Positions 25,905 to 38,275 of a stretch of 48,760 nt of DNA are shown here, in pieces. The stretch is from positions 1 through 48,760 of the forward strand of contig JASVEC010000116.1 in assembly GCA_030770535.1 (NCBI GenBank). The letters are read 5' to 3'. How positions within the stretch are numbered: position 1 is the first letter of the stretch; each line of letters begins with the position of its first letter. The notes below the pieces were generated by a model. The model was not told where the DNA came from and did no database searches. It saw only the letters and a program-made list of their open reading frames with translations. The position numbers and the translations under genes are program-made. The DNA comes from Batkoa obscura. Taxonomy: Eukaryota.

Positions 25905-25997
25905 GTGGATGTATTTTTTTGTTTAATTTTATTACAATCTTTCCACTCAAATAGGGCTTAAAAAAGGAAAAATAATGAACCAAAAAAAAATAGCCCC
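25905..25997 (+). mobile_element. ~98-bp MITE (small deletion)
   Basis: TSD ATAT. Confidence 0.85.
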
Positions 25998-26254
25998 ATA
26001 TATTAAAGCTATTATGTTTATATTAAGTTTTTTGTTTTTATAATTAAATGGTATAATATTGCTTAAAGCAAAAAAGTAGAACAGCCAATACTACTTTGAA
26101 ATCTATGTAAAATACTGTCAGAAAGGTTCAGTCAGTGGCTATATTAAAGGTATAATATCAGGGAATAATCCAATTAGAAAGACTCAAGTTATCATGTTCT
26201 AAAATCTCCTTTATACTCTAAAAAGTATAAATATCAAAATGGGGAGATAAATAT

Positions 26255-28580
26255 GGGGCTGTCCTGATTGGTTTCGGAATTTACTTAGAAATTAATCCAA
26301 ATTTTAAAATTTTAAATTTGTGTCTAATAATATAATAATATGATGGTTAAATCTAAAAAGCCTAAATTAAATGTCTCTATTTAAAACTTATTTTAATTGT
26401 TTCCTTTTCTTAAATAGCTAATTTTCCTAACTATATATTTTATATTAGTTCTGTTAGATATTTAATAGATATATAATATATAACTATATGATTATATAAT
26501 TATATAAATACATAATTATATAAACATAGTTATTTGACTTTATTTCTTAAAATAAAATAAAATAAAATAAAATGCAAACTTTCATAACTAAACTTCGAAA
26601 TGGAATTTTTGAAAACTTCAATACAATAGGGAGGAGTACACAATATAAACATTGTAATTCATTTACATCAATCTTAAGAGCTACTTATAACAACCCAAGG
26701 TTTATGGAATTTTATAATAAAACAAAACAAAGAAAAGATATATTATCAAAGTTTACTATCGATAATAATAAACTTAATCAAACAATGTATAAAATTAGTG
26801 CTTTAAGGGAAATAGGAAATAAAAATCAACAAGTAGCGTTATTATCAACTATAGCTTCAGTATATTCTTTTGATGAATGTAAGAGTTTTGGGTTTAATAT
26901 AAATAGAAATCAATATGATTATTCAAAAACAAGTAATAATAATAAAATATCAGCATTAAAGCCTATTATTAAAAATACAAAAAAAATTAAAGATGACCAA
27001 ATTGAAACTATTATACAATATTTACTAAATGATTCAACTATTTCATCAAGATTTAATAAAAAAAATAATGATAGTAAATATTCATCAAATAATATATATT
27101 AAATAAAAGTAGAAGAATGATATATAGTAAATATTTGAATGATCTAAGAGATAAAGCAGTAGCTAGGTCAACACTTTTTAAATATATACCAAGTAATTTC
27201 AAAAATCCAGCAAGAAAAACGGATCTATGTAATATATGTGCTCAGTATACAGTTAGAAAAAAGTTATTTGGAAATAAAATAAATACAGCAAAAAACAAAG
27301 CAGAGATACAAGAAATTTTCAACGAAGAAGAAAAATTATACAAATTACATAAATTCTGTGTTGACACTCAAAAAAACACATTTAATGAAACTATTAAAAA
27401 ATTAAATAGCAAAAGTTTACAAAAATTAATATATGGGCAGATACAGGAAACCATTTTAGATCCCAAGAGTTTCTACACTATATGGGGATGTATTTTTGTG
27501 TTTAAGGATTTTACTAATAATTTTTCTGCTCAAATGGCGCTTAAAAGGTGGAAAAAGTAATGAAACCAAAAAAAACATCCCCATATGTTTAAAGAAATTC
27601 ATAAAATAGATAGTAGTTTGAATGTTAATCTTAATTTTTTTGCTGAGCATCATGGAAAAAGTATAGTTGATGGACATTTTGGAAACCTTTCAAAATGGAA
27701 AAGTAGTTTTGAAGCGTTAGGTAAAATAGAAGATATCGATCAATTAATTTCAAGGTTTGAGGCTTTTATTTGCGCGCATAATAAAATTAATAACTCGACT
27801 GTTAATAATGGGAAAACGGATATAATTTTTAAAAAGTATAAAAGAAACAAAAATACAAAAAGAATAATAGAGATGCAAAGGATTAAGAAGTATTTACATT
27901 TTATTAAACATAACAATAAACTACATTGTTATCCAGTATCTGATACATCAAAAAAAAGCGATATAGTCCCAATTAAAGTTATAGAGTCTATAAAAAATAT
28001 AAGGATTAAAAGATCGATCCCGCTTACCTTACGAAAATAACAGAGAATTTAAAAATTTCGATATTTACTAAGCAAGTAAGTAGTTTGTTGAATGATAGAA
28101 ATAGATTGTTAAATGTTAGGATTACTTAAGTTATTAATAGCTAAGTTAATAAATAGTCAAAGAACAAGTAACTGTAATAATATGTAAAAACTATTATTAC
28201 TTGTACTATATAGGGATGGTTAATTATAGTTTTGGGGCTAATCATTCCCTCCCACACAGCTATTTATTAACTTGGGAATATATTAATAATGTAATTATAA
28301 CATTAAAATAGATTATTTATTTGATAATAAATCTGCAATGTTGGTTATAAAGCAGTTGATAATAAATATTTCTCAATTAAGCTTTATAAGAACATGTATT
28401 TAAGATCTAGTAGAAATTCAACTAACTTACAGTATGAACTATAATCGAATGATTTAGAACTGTGTTTGGGTACTTTTGTTTTAATAAAAGATGTGATTTT
28501 ATAGAATTTTAAGCGAAGTTTTTAAAACACAAAATTTTTGAAAAATTGGATAAAATAATGAAACTAATTCAGACAACCCC
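26255..28580 (+). mobile_element. Sola2-like copy E (both TIRs, the only copy retaining the ATG at 26572; internal deletion plus MITE)
   Basis: atat GGGGCTGTCCTGATTGGTTTC ... GAAACTAATTCAGACAACCCC atat. A ~244 bp deletion between AAAAGTT microhomologies at ~27411 removes the first catalytic Asp. Confidence 0.93.
27484..27582 (+). mobile_element. ~98-bp MITE nested in copy E
   Basis: TSD ATAT; identical to 30664-30762. Confidence 0.93.
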
Positions 28581-28752
28581 ATATGCTTGGAAATTACATG
28601 ACAAAAATTCTCACAGCAAATTAAAATAAAAGCTTGAGATTGGTTGTGGCTGAATTCAAGAACACAACAGCTTAAGTAATTGCTATACTATAATTAATTA
28701 TAGAGCTGACAAAGCGATATTTCATAAATCCATTTATTTTATTTTATTATAT

Positions 28753-28847
28753 GAAAGTGTTTTTTTGACTTCATTATTTTTCCATCTTTTAAGCGCTATT
28801 TAAGTGGAAAAATTATTACTAAAATTCTCGAACAAAACCACATCCCC
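28753..28847 (-). mobile_element. ~98-bp MITE bounding relic G
   Basis: Flanks ATAT/AAAT. Confidence 0.82.
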
Positions 28848-29492
28848 AAATATTTATTATTGACTGTTTTACCCAACATTGCGGATTTGCTATCAAATAA
28901 AAAAATAATTTTAGTGTTATAAGCATATTATTAATATATTGCTAAGTTAATAAACAGCTGCATAGAAGGGGGTGGTTAGGGCCAAAGCTACAATTAGTTA
29001 TCTTTATGTAATACAAGCAATATCATAGTTTTTGTTTATTATTAGATTTATTGGCTTTTTAATTATTAGCTTAGCTACTAATGATTTAAGTAACGTTGAT
29101 ATTTGGGGGTGTATTTTTGTATTTAAGGATTTTGCTAACAATTTTTCTGCTCAATAAGGCTTAAAAAATGGAAAAAGTAATGAAAATAAAAAAATGTCCT
29201 CATTTAATATTTGATTTTTATTAAACAATAAACTACTTATTTAATAAATATTGAAGCTTTTGGATTTCCTGTTATAAAATAAGCTAAACTTTACTTTTTT
29301 ATCTTTTATAGGCTTTATAGTCTTAATTGAGGTTATGTCGCTTTTTTAATCGATCAGATATTGGATAATAGTATAGTTTATTATTATGTTTAATAAAATC
29401 TAAATACTTTTTAATACCTTTTATCTTTTTTTGTATTTTATTTCTTATACTTTTTAAAAATTATGTTTATTTTCCCATTATTAATAGTTAAG
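28848..29492 (-). mobile_element. Older diverged relic (G) of the Sola2-like 3' part
   Basis: Aligns by eye to 22980-23520 with many substitutions (ccaacattgcggattt, aagttaataaacagctg, tttcccattattaatagtta). Interrupted by a MITE at 29105 and abuts copy F. Confidence 0.8.
29105..29201 (+). mobile_element. ~98-bp MITE nested in relic G
   Basis: TSD ATTT. Confidence 0.85.
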
Positions 29493-30103
29493 ATATGGGG
29501 TTGTCCGAATTGGTTTCAGAATTTACTTAGAAGTTAATTCAAATTTTAGATTTTTAAATTTGTGTCCAATATAACGGTTAAATCTAAAAAGCCTAAAATT
29601 AAATGTCTCTATTTAAAACTTATTTTAATTGTTTCCTTTTCTTAAATAGCCAGTTTTCCTAACTACATGTTTTATGTTATTTCTGTTAGGTATTTAACAA
29701 ATATATAATATAAGCATTGTAATTCATTTACATCAATTTTAAGAGCTACTTATGATAACTCAAGGTTTATGGAATTTTATAATAAAACAAAACAAAACAA
29801 AACAAAACAAAGAAAAGATGTATTATCAAAATTTAGTATCAATAATAATAAACTTAATCAAATAATGTATAAAATTAGTGCTTTAAGAGGAACAGGAAAT
29901 AAAAATCAACAGGTAGCGTTATTATCAACTATAGCTTCAGTATATTCTTTTGATGATTGTAAGAGTTTTGAGTTTAATATAAATAGAAATCAATATGATT
30001 ATTCAAAAATAAGTAATAATAGTAAAATATCAACATTACAACCTATTATTAAAAATACAAAAAAAATTAAAGATGACCAAATTGAAACTATTATACAATA
30101 TTT

Positions 30104-30199
30104 GGGGCTGTTTTTTTTAGTTTCATTATTTTTCCATTTTTTAAGCGCTATTTATGTGGAAAAATTGTCAGTAAAATTCAAATACAAAAATACATCCCC
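30104..30199 (-). mobile_element. ~98-bp MITE nested in copy F
   Basis: TSD ATTT; nearly identical to 15416-15513 apart from a 2-bp deletion. Confidence 0.92.
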
Positions 30200-30663
30200 A
30201 TTTACTAAACGATTCAACTATTTCATCAATATTTAATAAAAAAAATAATGATAGTAAATATTCATCAAATAATATATATTAAATAAAAGTAGAAGAATGA
30301 TATATAGTAAATATTTGAATGATCTAAGAGATAAAGCAGTAGCTAGGTCAACACTTTTTAAATATATACCAAGTAATTTCAAAAATCCAGCAAGAAAAAC
30401 GGATCTATGTAATATATGTGCTCAGTATACAGTTAGAAAAAAGTTATTTGAAAATAAAATAAATACAGCAAAAAACAAAGCAGAGATACAAGAAATTTTC
30501 AACGAAGAAGAAAAATTATACAAATTACATAAATTCTGTGTTGATACTCAAAAAAACACATTTAATGAAACTATTAAAAAATTAAATAGCAAAAGTTTAC
30601 AAAAATTAATATATGGGCAGATACAGGAAACCATTTTAGATCCCAAGAGTTTCTACACTATAT

Positions 30664-30762
30664 GGGGATGTATTTTTGTGTTTAAGGATTTTACTAATAA
30701 TTTTTCTGCTCAAATGGCGCTTAAAAGGTGGAAAAAGTAATGAAACCAAAAAAAACATCCCC
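30664..30762 (+). mobile_element. ~98-bp MITE nested in copy F
   Basis: TSD ATAT. Confidence 0.93.
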
Positions 30763-31867
30763 ATATGTTTAAAGAAATTCATAAAATAGATAGTAGTTTG
30801 AATGTTAATCTTAATTTTTTTGCTGAGCATCATGGAAAAAGTATAGTTGATGGACATTTTGGAAACCTTTCAAAATGGAAAAGTAGTTTTGAAGCGTTAG
30901 GTAAAATAGAAGATATCGATCAATTAATTTCAAGGTTTGAGGCTTTTATTTGCGCGCATAATAAAATTAATAACTCGACTGTTAATAATGGGAAAACGGA
31001 TATAATTTTTAAAAAGTAGTATGAAAGAAACAAAAATACAAAAATAATAGAGATGCAAAGGATTAAGAAGTATTTACATTTTATTAAACATAACAATAAA
31101 CTACATTGTTATCCAGTATCTGATACATCAAAAAAAAGCGATATAGTCCCAATTAAAGTTATAGAGTCTATAAAAAATATAAGGATTAAAAGATCGATCC
31201 CAGCTTACCTTACGAAAATAACAGAGAATTTAAAAATTTCGATATTTACTAAGCAAGTAAGTAGTTTGTTGAATGATAGAAATAGATTGTTAAACGTTAA
31301 GATTACTTAGGTTATTAATAGCTAAGTTAATAAATAGTCAAAGAACAAGTAACTGTAATAATATGTAAAAACTATTATTACTTGTACTATATAGGGATGG
31401 TTAATTATAGTTTTGGGGCTAACCACTCCCTCCCATGCAGCTATTTATTAACTTGGGAATATATTAATAATGTAATTATAACATTAAAATAGATTATTTA
31501 TTTGATAATAAATCTGCAATGTTGGTTATAAAGCAGTTGATAATAAATATTTCTCAATTAAGCTTTATAAGAACATGTATTTAAGATCTAGTAGAAATTC
31601 AAGTAACTTACAGTATGAGCTATAATAGAATGATTTAGAACTGTGTTTGGGTACTTTTGTTTTAATAAAAGATGTGATTTTATAGAATTTTAAGCGAAGT
31701 TTTTAAAACACAAAATTTTTGAAAAATTGGATAAAATAATGAAACTAATTCAGACAACCCCATATCATATTGCTTTCAGGTGTTTAAAAAATTTATGAGT
31801 TAAAAAAGTAGAACAATTTATGCGATTTTAAAAAAGTATTAATTTGTTTTATTAAATAATATAAGGA

Positions 31868-31964
31868 GAGAGTGCTTTTTTTATTTCATCACTTTTTCCA
31901 TTTTTAAGCACTGGTTGAGCAGAAAAACTGCTAGTAAAATTCTCAAACAAAAAAGTATATCATT
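31868..31964 (-). mobile_element. Degenerate ~98-bp MITE
   Basis: Internal match, ends decayed. Confidence 0.7.
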
Positions 31965-32012
31965 ATATATTAATATTATTAAAAAAAATAGGAATTTAAA
32001 AATTTAACATAT

Positions 32013-32110
32013 GAGGATATATTTTTGTATTTAAGAATTTTATTAACAAACTTTCCACTCAAATAGCGCTTAAAAGGTGGAAAAAGTAATGAAGCCAAAA
32101 AAACATCTCC
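32013..32110 (+). mobile_element. ~98-bp MITE
   Basis: TSD ATAT. Confidence 0.9.
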
Positions 32111-32414
32111 ATATGAAAGACTTTATAAAGTTTTATTAACCATCAAAATTTCAAAATATTTAGAGATATTTGCGGGGAGTTGTTAATACTTTCTCAAAAC
32201 TCTTTATAACCCCTATATATTATCAATTTATAAATAAAAAACTTCAAAGATTTATTATTATGTTAACTTATAATGACCGTAGTAATCAATAAACTCTCAT
32301 TAAATCAATTTTCAGGACTTAATTAAAAAACTTTAATTTTATTAATACTCAATAACATATCATCAAGCTGTATCTACTAAAATCAGTCAATTTTCATTCA
32401 CCTATATTATAATG

Positions 32415-33656
32415 TTATTCTGTTTTTGCCTGATTCTCCAACTTCTCTTGATTCTGTTTCTTTCTCAACAAATACCTAGCTTTTGCATCCAACACAGCCC
32501 CATCATCATTCTTTCTTTTAAGTGTATCTTTCAATTTATCAAATTTCTCATCCCCTTTCTTTACTTCCAGCATCTTGCTCTCTTCCAGTTGAGTCGTTAA
32601 CAATTTCTTCATTCTATTAGCTTGTGCTTTTTTAGCTAATAATCTTTTTTCTTCTTCTGCTTTCTTTTTTCTCATTATAAATTCATCATAATAAGAAATA
32701 GAATCATCTCTTTTGACATCTTTTCTGACTATATTTAAACCAGCGGATAATAATTGTCTTTTATCAATGACTTCATTATTGGCATTAATTTCTATTTTTT
32801 TGCCTTCTTTTAAGGCTTTGGCCAATAAATCTTCTTTTGTTGATTGATTTGTTGTTGTTGAATTTGCTTCTTTTTTAATCTCTTTAGTAATAATTCCGGC
32901 TTCTATTTGTCGACTTTTGGCAGATAATAAATTCTCATAAAATTGAAACATATTACCATCTTTACTTTGATCATCTAGATTCATAATTGAATTAATTGAA
33001 CAACACTTATATAAATAATTAAAATTAGAATTTCACCTTCAATATTATCTTCTTTCTCCAACCTCTTGAGCTCTTCTTGCTGTTGCTTATAACTAATTAT
33101 TCGATTAATATGTATACAGTCAAAAGAATATGATAAACTTACGCAGTTGTAACAAACTCTTCTTTTCCTTTATAAAGTTCACTTTCCCTTTCCTTTTCTT
33201 TTTCAACTAATCGACCTTCCGCTCTTAGTCTATCTCTCTTCCTTAATTCTGCGGTTTTTAATAAACCTTGGATATATTTTGGCTAATTAAAATCAATCAA
33301 TCAATCCATTCCTTTTTAAAAGCTAAACTAAATATAAAAAACCTTACTTTATTATCGTCTGTTCCCTTCATCAAATCTAAATATTTTTTTTCATTATCTT
33401 TCATTTGATCATAAACCTCGTCATATTCATATGCTGTTGGATCTACATCCAATGCTTCTTTGACCTGTTCAACTAATTTTTTTGAATTTCCCACTTTCAC
33501 TTGAGCTCGTTTGATCTCTTGATTCGCTTTTTGCTTTTCTTCTAAAGGAGTTGTCTCTTCTTCTTCTTCATGTAATAAATTTTTAACTGGTTTGGGTAAG
33601 GCTGGTTTATTTTTGATATTGAGACCAAATTTTAATTTGGAATTACTAAATGGCAT
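32415..33656 (-). CDS. NSRP1: Nuclear speckle splicing regulatory protein 1-like (CCDC55/DUF2040), 4 exons
   Basis: Exons 33656-33348, 33282-33143, 33092-33037 and 32974-32415 join in frame. Motifs ALDVDPTAYEYDEVYD, PKYIQGLLKTAELRKR, KEEFVTTAYK, DKRQLLSAGLN, DAKARYLLRK. Confidence 0.88.
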
Positions 33657-34129
33657 GCTGAGTATTAAAGAAATAATTATTGCGTTAGACTGAAATTAAG
33701 GTTTTTGGATTTGCAAAAGCTGATGTTTGAAGCTGAATAAGTTATGATTAATTGAGTGCAAAAATTGAATATGATGGTTGAGATAATGTATATGATGAAT
33801 ATGTTGGTTTCCAAAAGAATTGTTGTTTATATTGATATAATTCTTCAATTATTTAAAATGAAGAGTATTTTTTATAGGATTTCCAGGGTTACTGCTTTTA
33901 TATTTTTATAGTTCAATTAAGTTATTTCATTATAGTATAGTAGTTAATAGTTTAGTTTAGTTTAGTTTGGATGTTAAAGTAAGATACTAACGCGAAGTGA
34001 ATAGTCATAATTAGGATTATTAAATACTATTTTAATAGATAATATCGTTTTCACATTATCTAAAATTATTGTCATGGTTTTGTTCAATTATTTTATTAAT
34101 AATGGGATTTATTGTATCCTCTAATAAAT

Positions 34130-34226
34130 GGGGATGTATTTTTATGTTTAAGAATCCTACTAACAAATTTTCCGCTCAAATAGCACTTAAAAGAGAAAAA
34201 GTAATGAAGCCAAAAAAAACAGTCCC
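34130..34226 (+). mobile_element. ~98-bp MITE
   Basis: GGGGATGTATTTTT...ACAGTCCC; TSD imperfect. Confidence 0.87.
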
Positions 34227-34583
34227 AACCATTAAAAGGTTAAGTTGTTTCATTTGAAATGGAATTATTTTAAAATCCAAATTCAGATTTGTGTACCTTT
34301 ATAGTTTTATGAAGTACCTTAAAGTTGATTAAACATTTACAAAATACAATAGAATTTTGTTTAAAAAGATTAGTATGTTATTGTATTATATACCAAATTC
34401 TATAGCTAATAACAGGCCTGAGTCTATTTGATGATACTTAGCACTATAAAAGTATCGTTATTTTCATAAACTAAATAAATAATAAATAAAAAGCTTAAGT
34501 ATATGTCAAATTTAATAAACCAAACTTTTATTTTTAATTCTAACGAATTCAATGATCATCAACTTTTAATAGCATCTAACAAT

Positions 34584-36240
34584 CTAAAAAGAAGTTTTCG
34601 ATTCTTTTAATCTATTTTTACAATTATTAACTTCTAACTCCCAATCGCATGTCAAGATAACATAGCCCAATGTCGAAGACGTAATTAACAAAGCTAAACA
34701 AGTACCAAACCAAAGTCCCAACACTCCAAAATTCCATTGGAAAGTCACATATAATCCCAAAGGTATAGCAATTATATAAAAGGCAATAACGTTCACAATA
34801 GCTCCAATAGCTTGTTTACCTTGGCCTCTTAAGATACCATTCGATACTGTAAAGACACTATCAAAAATTTGATACAAAGCAGCAACAGGAATAATGATTT
34901 GAACAATTTCAATTACCTTTTGATCATCCGTAAACAATTCACTCAATTTTTTTGAAAACAACAATAAGAACGTCGAATTAAAAAAAGGCATAATTAAAGC
35001 TAAAACCAAAGCACAACGACTGGTATGTTTGGATTTAATAGGCATTGATGCACCCAATAAATTGCCAATTCGATTACTAGCAGCAATTGACATGCCTACT
35101 GGTACTGACCATACGGTATTAGTAATAGACAATACAATAGATTGAGCAGCTAGCTCATTGGTGCCTAAATAAGAAGCTGCTAAAGACATAATTTCAAAGG
35201 CCCACCATTCACTACATAATTGTAAGATCCCAGGTACACCTAATTTAATATATGGCCCCCATCCGGTTAAAGCCTGTTTAGTGAATCCACCCCAACACTG
35301 AGAACCATTAATGTATTTTGAATATAAGATGCCAAAGGTTAAACATAGCCAATAGGTAATTGATGAAGCTATTGGTGCACCTTTAAAACCAAGGGAGGTA
35401 GAGTCATTCATAACTAAAAAATATACCAAAATTAAATTAATAGGTAATACAGCTATGGTAATATCAGTTTGAGCACGCATGATTTCTATAAATAAAAATT
35501 AATTGCTATTAAATAATATATATTATAAAATAACTTACTCTGTGCTTGAAAATATCTCTTTAAGCACTCAAATGCCATAAAAGCAGGTGCCCCAAATAAC
35601 AAATGTTTCATATAAACCCCACAAAGCTTTGATAATTCTGGATCTTGTCCAATAAGTAACATTAATTTTTCAGAATTTAACCAAACAAAACTGATGGGTA
35701 TAAACATTGTTAAACAGACTAGGATCCCTCTTTGTAAATGTAATCCTACTGCATGAGGGTTATTGCTACCAGTAAAAGCTTGGGAACAAAGAGTGTCTAA
35801 AGCAGTGGCCATACCAATGGATAAAGACCAACCGGTAATTGCTGCAAACATATTACTTAAAGCAGCAGCACCAAGTTGTTTAGTACCCTAAAGAAGAAAT
35901 ACTAATTAGTTTCAATAAACATTAGAAATGAATAGAAATTTACCAAATGCCCAATTGAAAAGATATTAGCTAATGGCATAGCATAAGACAAAAACATAGC
36001 TACAATAACAGGTAAACCAGTAGTAAATAAATAGTACATCTCGGATTTATAATCGTTCCATACGGGAGTAGTAACAAAATCTATTTCTTGTAGTTTATCG
36101 TTTTTTGTGTTAAATCGAGGGGACTCTACTTGAGCTAAATTGACTAAAGTATCTGAAGATGCATTATGGATTGTATGGTAGTTTTGTAGCTTTTGGTTGG
36201 TGTCAAAGAGTTTCGTTGATGGAATGCTTTCTTCAGGCAT
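34584..36240 (-). CDS. MATE-family efflux transporter, 3 exons
   Basis: Exons 36240-35944, 35887-35539 and 35485-34584. Motifs GMATALDTLCSQAF, ECLKRYFQAQ, SEWWAFEI, RIGNLLGA, GILRGQGKQ. Confidence 0.93.
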
Positions 36241-37936
36241 TATTGAAATCAAGTAGGGAATTTAAATCAATTTGATTGGTATTTATAGTATTTTCATATT
36301 GTTATGGTTGATTTAGATTACCCGTAATTTAAGACTGTCAAATGTGTCATGGTACGGATAAAAATTGAGATATTTGAATTTTTTAAATTAGAGATTGTAT
36401 TCTTTGGATCCTGATGTTTTTTATTGAATTCAGCCAATGGAGATGATAGATTCGATATATTGCTAATTGTCAATGATTATTTAGTTAATTAAATAAGGTT
36501 TATTATGGAGATTATTAACTTTTAATCAGTTAAATGAATTTAAGTAGGCTAATTTTCAATTGTTCCTGATAGCTTAAAGAAGATGTTAGAAAATCATAAA
36601 CTATCTCAACTTTATTTTTCATTCATTTTTCCAAAGCTTTACAATGCAACTGATCTGAGTATCTATATTGTTGAGGGTGTAAAAAACGAAATGGGAGTAG
36701 AAAACGGAAGGTTAACATGTAGGGAGTAGTAGAAATAGATTCATTAAATTACAAGAAGCCATCTATTTACTTTTTTTAAGTTTTGATAGTAAAGTTTACA
36801 ATTTTGATTTATTATTTTATTCTTGAATTTTCTTGATAACCAAATAAACCACAAAATGGTGAAATACTTTAATTATACTTTATTTTTTAACTTTTGATTA
36901 TTATTATTGTGTAAAAAAACTAAATACTATCACTAATACAATCATATCAGCCTCAGGTTCAAAACGATTTACACTATAACAAACTCACTTCGGTTTTATT
37001 TAATAGACTACCTTAGACTTCTAACTCAATATTTCGACTCTTCAATCAACTTCCGATTTCTAATATATTAAAGAAATACCTACAAAAACTCCATGTTTAA
37101 TTCTTACCAAAACTAGTAAATTAACAAAAAATAATAAATGAAAACTTAATAAAATAGTAAAGACCCTTATGAAAAAGAGAAACTTGGTGTAAACTAACTA
37201 AATTAAATAGATGAAATAAAATGGTAAAGTATAGTCAATTAGTTATTTTTATAATTATTTTATTCTATATTTATTCAAATTAAAAGGGTTCTTGCTGCAC
37301 CTTTAAAATTAAATTAACATTTAAACCCTTGGAAAAATAAAAGTAAAAAAAATAGATTATCTAAATCAGTTGGATAAATGAAGTTAGTAAACTAATCATA
37401 GTTATTATATTACTTATGATAATCACCATTCTGAGTGTATAGTTTTAAAAACACAATCCGGCTTTTAGTTATGTAAAATATGAATTATAATCGATAGCTA
37501 TATCCTATCCGTCCACCACCATTATATACCACCTTATTTTTTTTAAGAGTATGTTTAATTAAGAGCTATCAAGAAGGAAGATACTTGAACAGAATTGGCA
37601 ATTCAATAGCTCCTTTTTGATAGGTTTTAATTTATATTTAAAAAATTTAAAACATTGGTATAAGGCTAAATGATTTTATTATTGAAAAAATGAGTGCAAT
37701 AAAAGATACTAATGTCATTAAAAATATTTTAAACTTTTTAATTTGCTTCATCTTTCATTTTAAAAATTATAATAACTAAATTTATTAACAGTTTTAACAT
37801 CTAATAAAAATAATCTCATGTTAAAAGGTTTGATAATATTTAATAAATACTAATTTGAAACAATGAAAAAAAGTTATGATAGATAGTAGGTGTGTTATAG
37901 CAAATTGAGATCTAAAAATAGAGACGCTTAAGTAAG

Positions 37937-38009
37937 TGGAGAACCCGGGCATCGATCCCGGTGCCTCTCGCATGCTAAGCGAGCGCTCTACCATCTGAGC
38001 TAGTTCCCC
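37937..38009 (-). tRNA. tRNA-Ala(AGC)
   Basis: GGGGAACTAGCTCAGATGGTAGAGCGCTCGCTTAGCATGCGAGAGGCACCGGGATCGATGCCCGGGTTCTCCA folds as a cloverleaf with anticodon AGC and a G3:U70 pair. A T-run terminator lies ~18 nt downstream. Confidence 0.96.
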
Positions 38010-38236
38010 AATTTATAATCTAGATAATAAAAAAAAATAATTAAACTATCACCTGCCGAAATTAGAATTAGATCAAGAATGAAAAATGACTAAACAGCCT
38101 TTTTAGATAGTAAGGCAAAGCTTTAAACTAAACCAGATTAATAATAATCAATTTGCTGGTATTATTATTCTTTTATAATTGAAGTTAGGAAGGTTCTTAT
38201 TAAAAGTTTAAAGGATGATGTGTCAATAGTTAATTG

Positions 38237-38275
38237 ATGGTGATACTTTGAATGGTGATACTTTGAATGGTGATA
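38237..38275. repeat. 15-bp tandem repeat x2.6 (ATGGTGATACTTTGA)
   Basis: Seen directly. Confidence 0.8.

Larger units (their letters stand above)
29497..31761 (+). mobile_element. Sola2-like copy F (both TIRs, defective mosaic)
   Basis: atat GGGGTTGTCCGAATTGGTTTC ... GAAACTAATTCAGACAACCCC atat. Shares the 5' deletion with A, and the internal deletion plus MITE with E. Confidence 0.93.

Noticed and set aside
26572..28040. Fanzor/TnpB nuclease interpretation of the TE protein
   Set aside because: No RuvC motif arrangement is seen. The motifs fit a Sola2-type DDD transposase and there is only one ORF.
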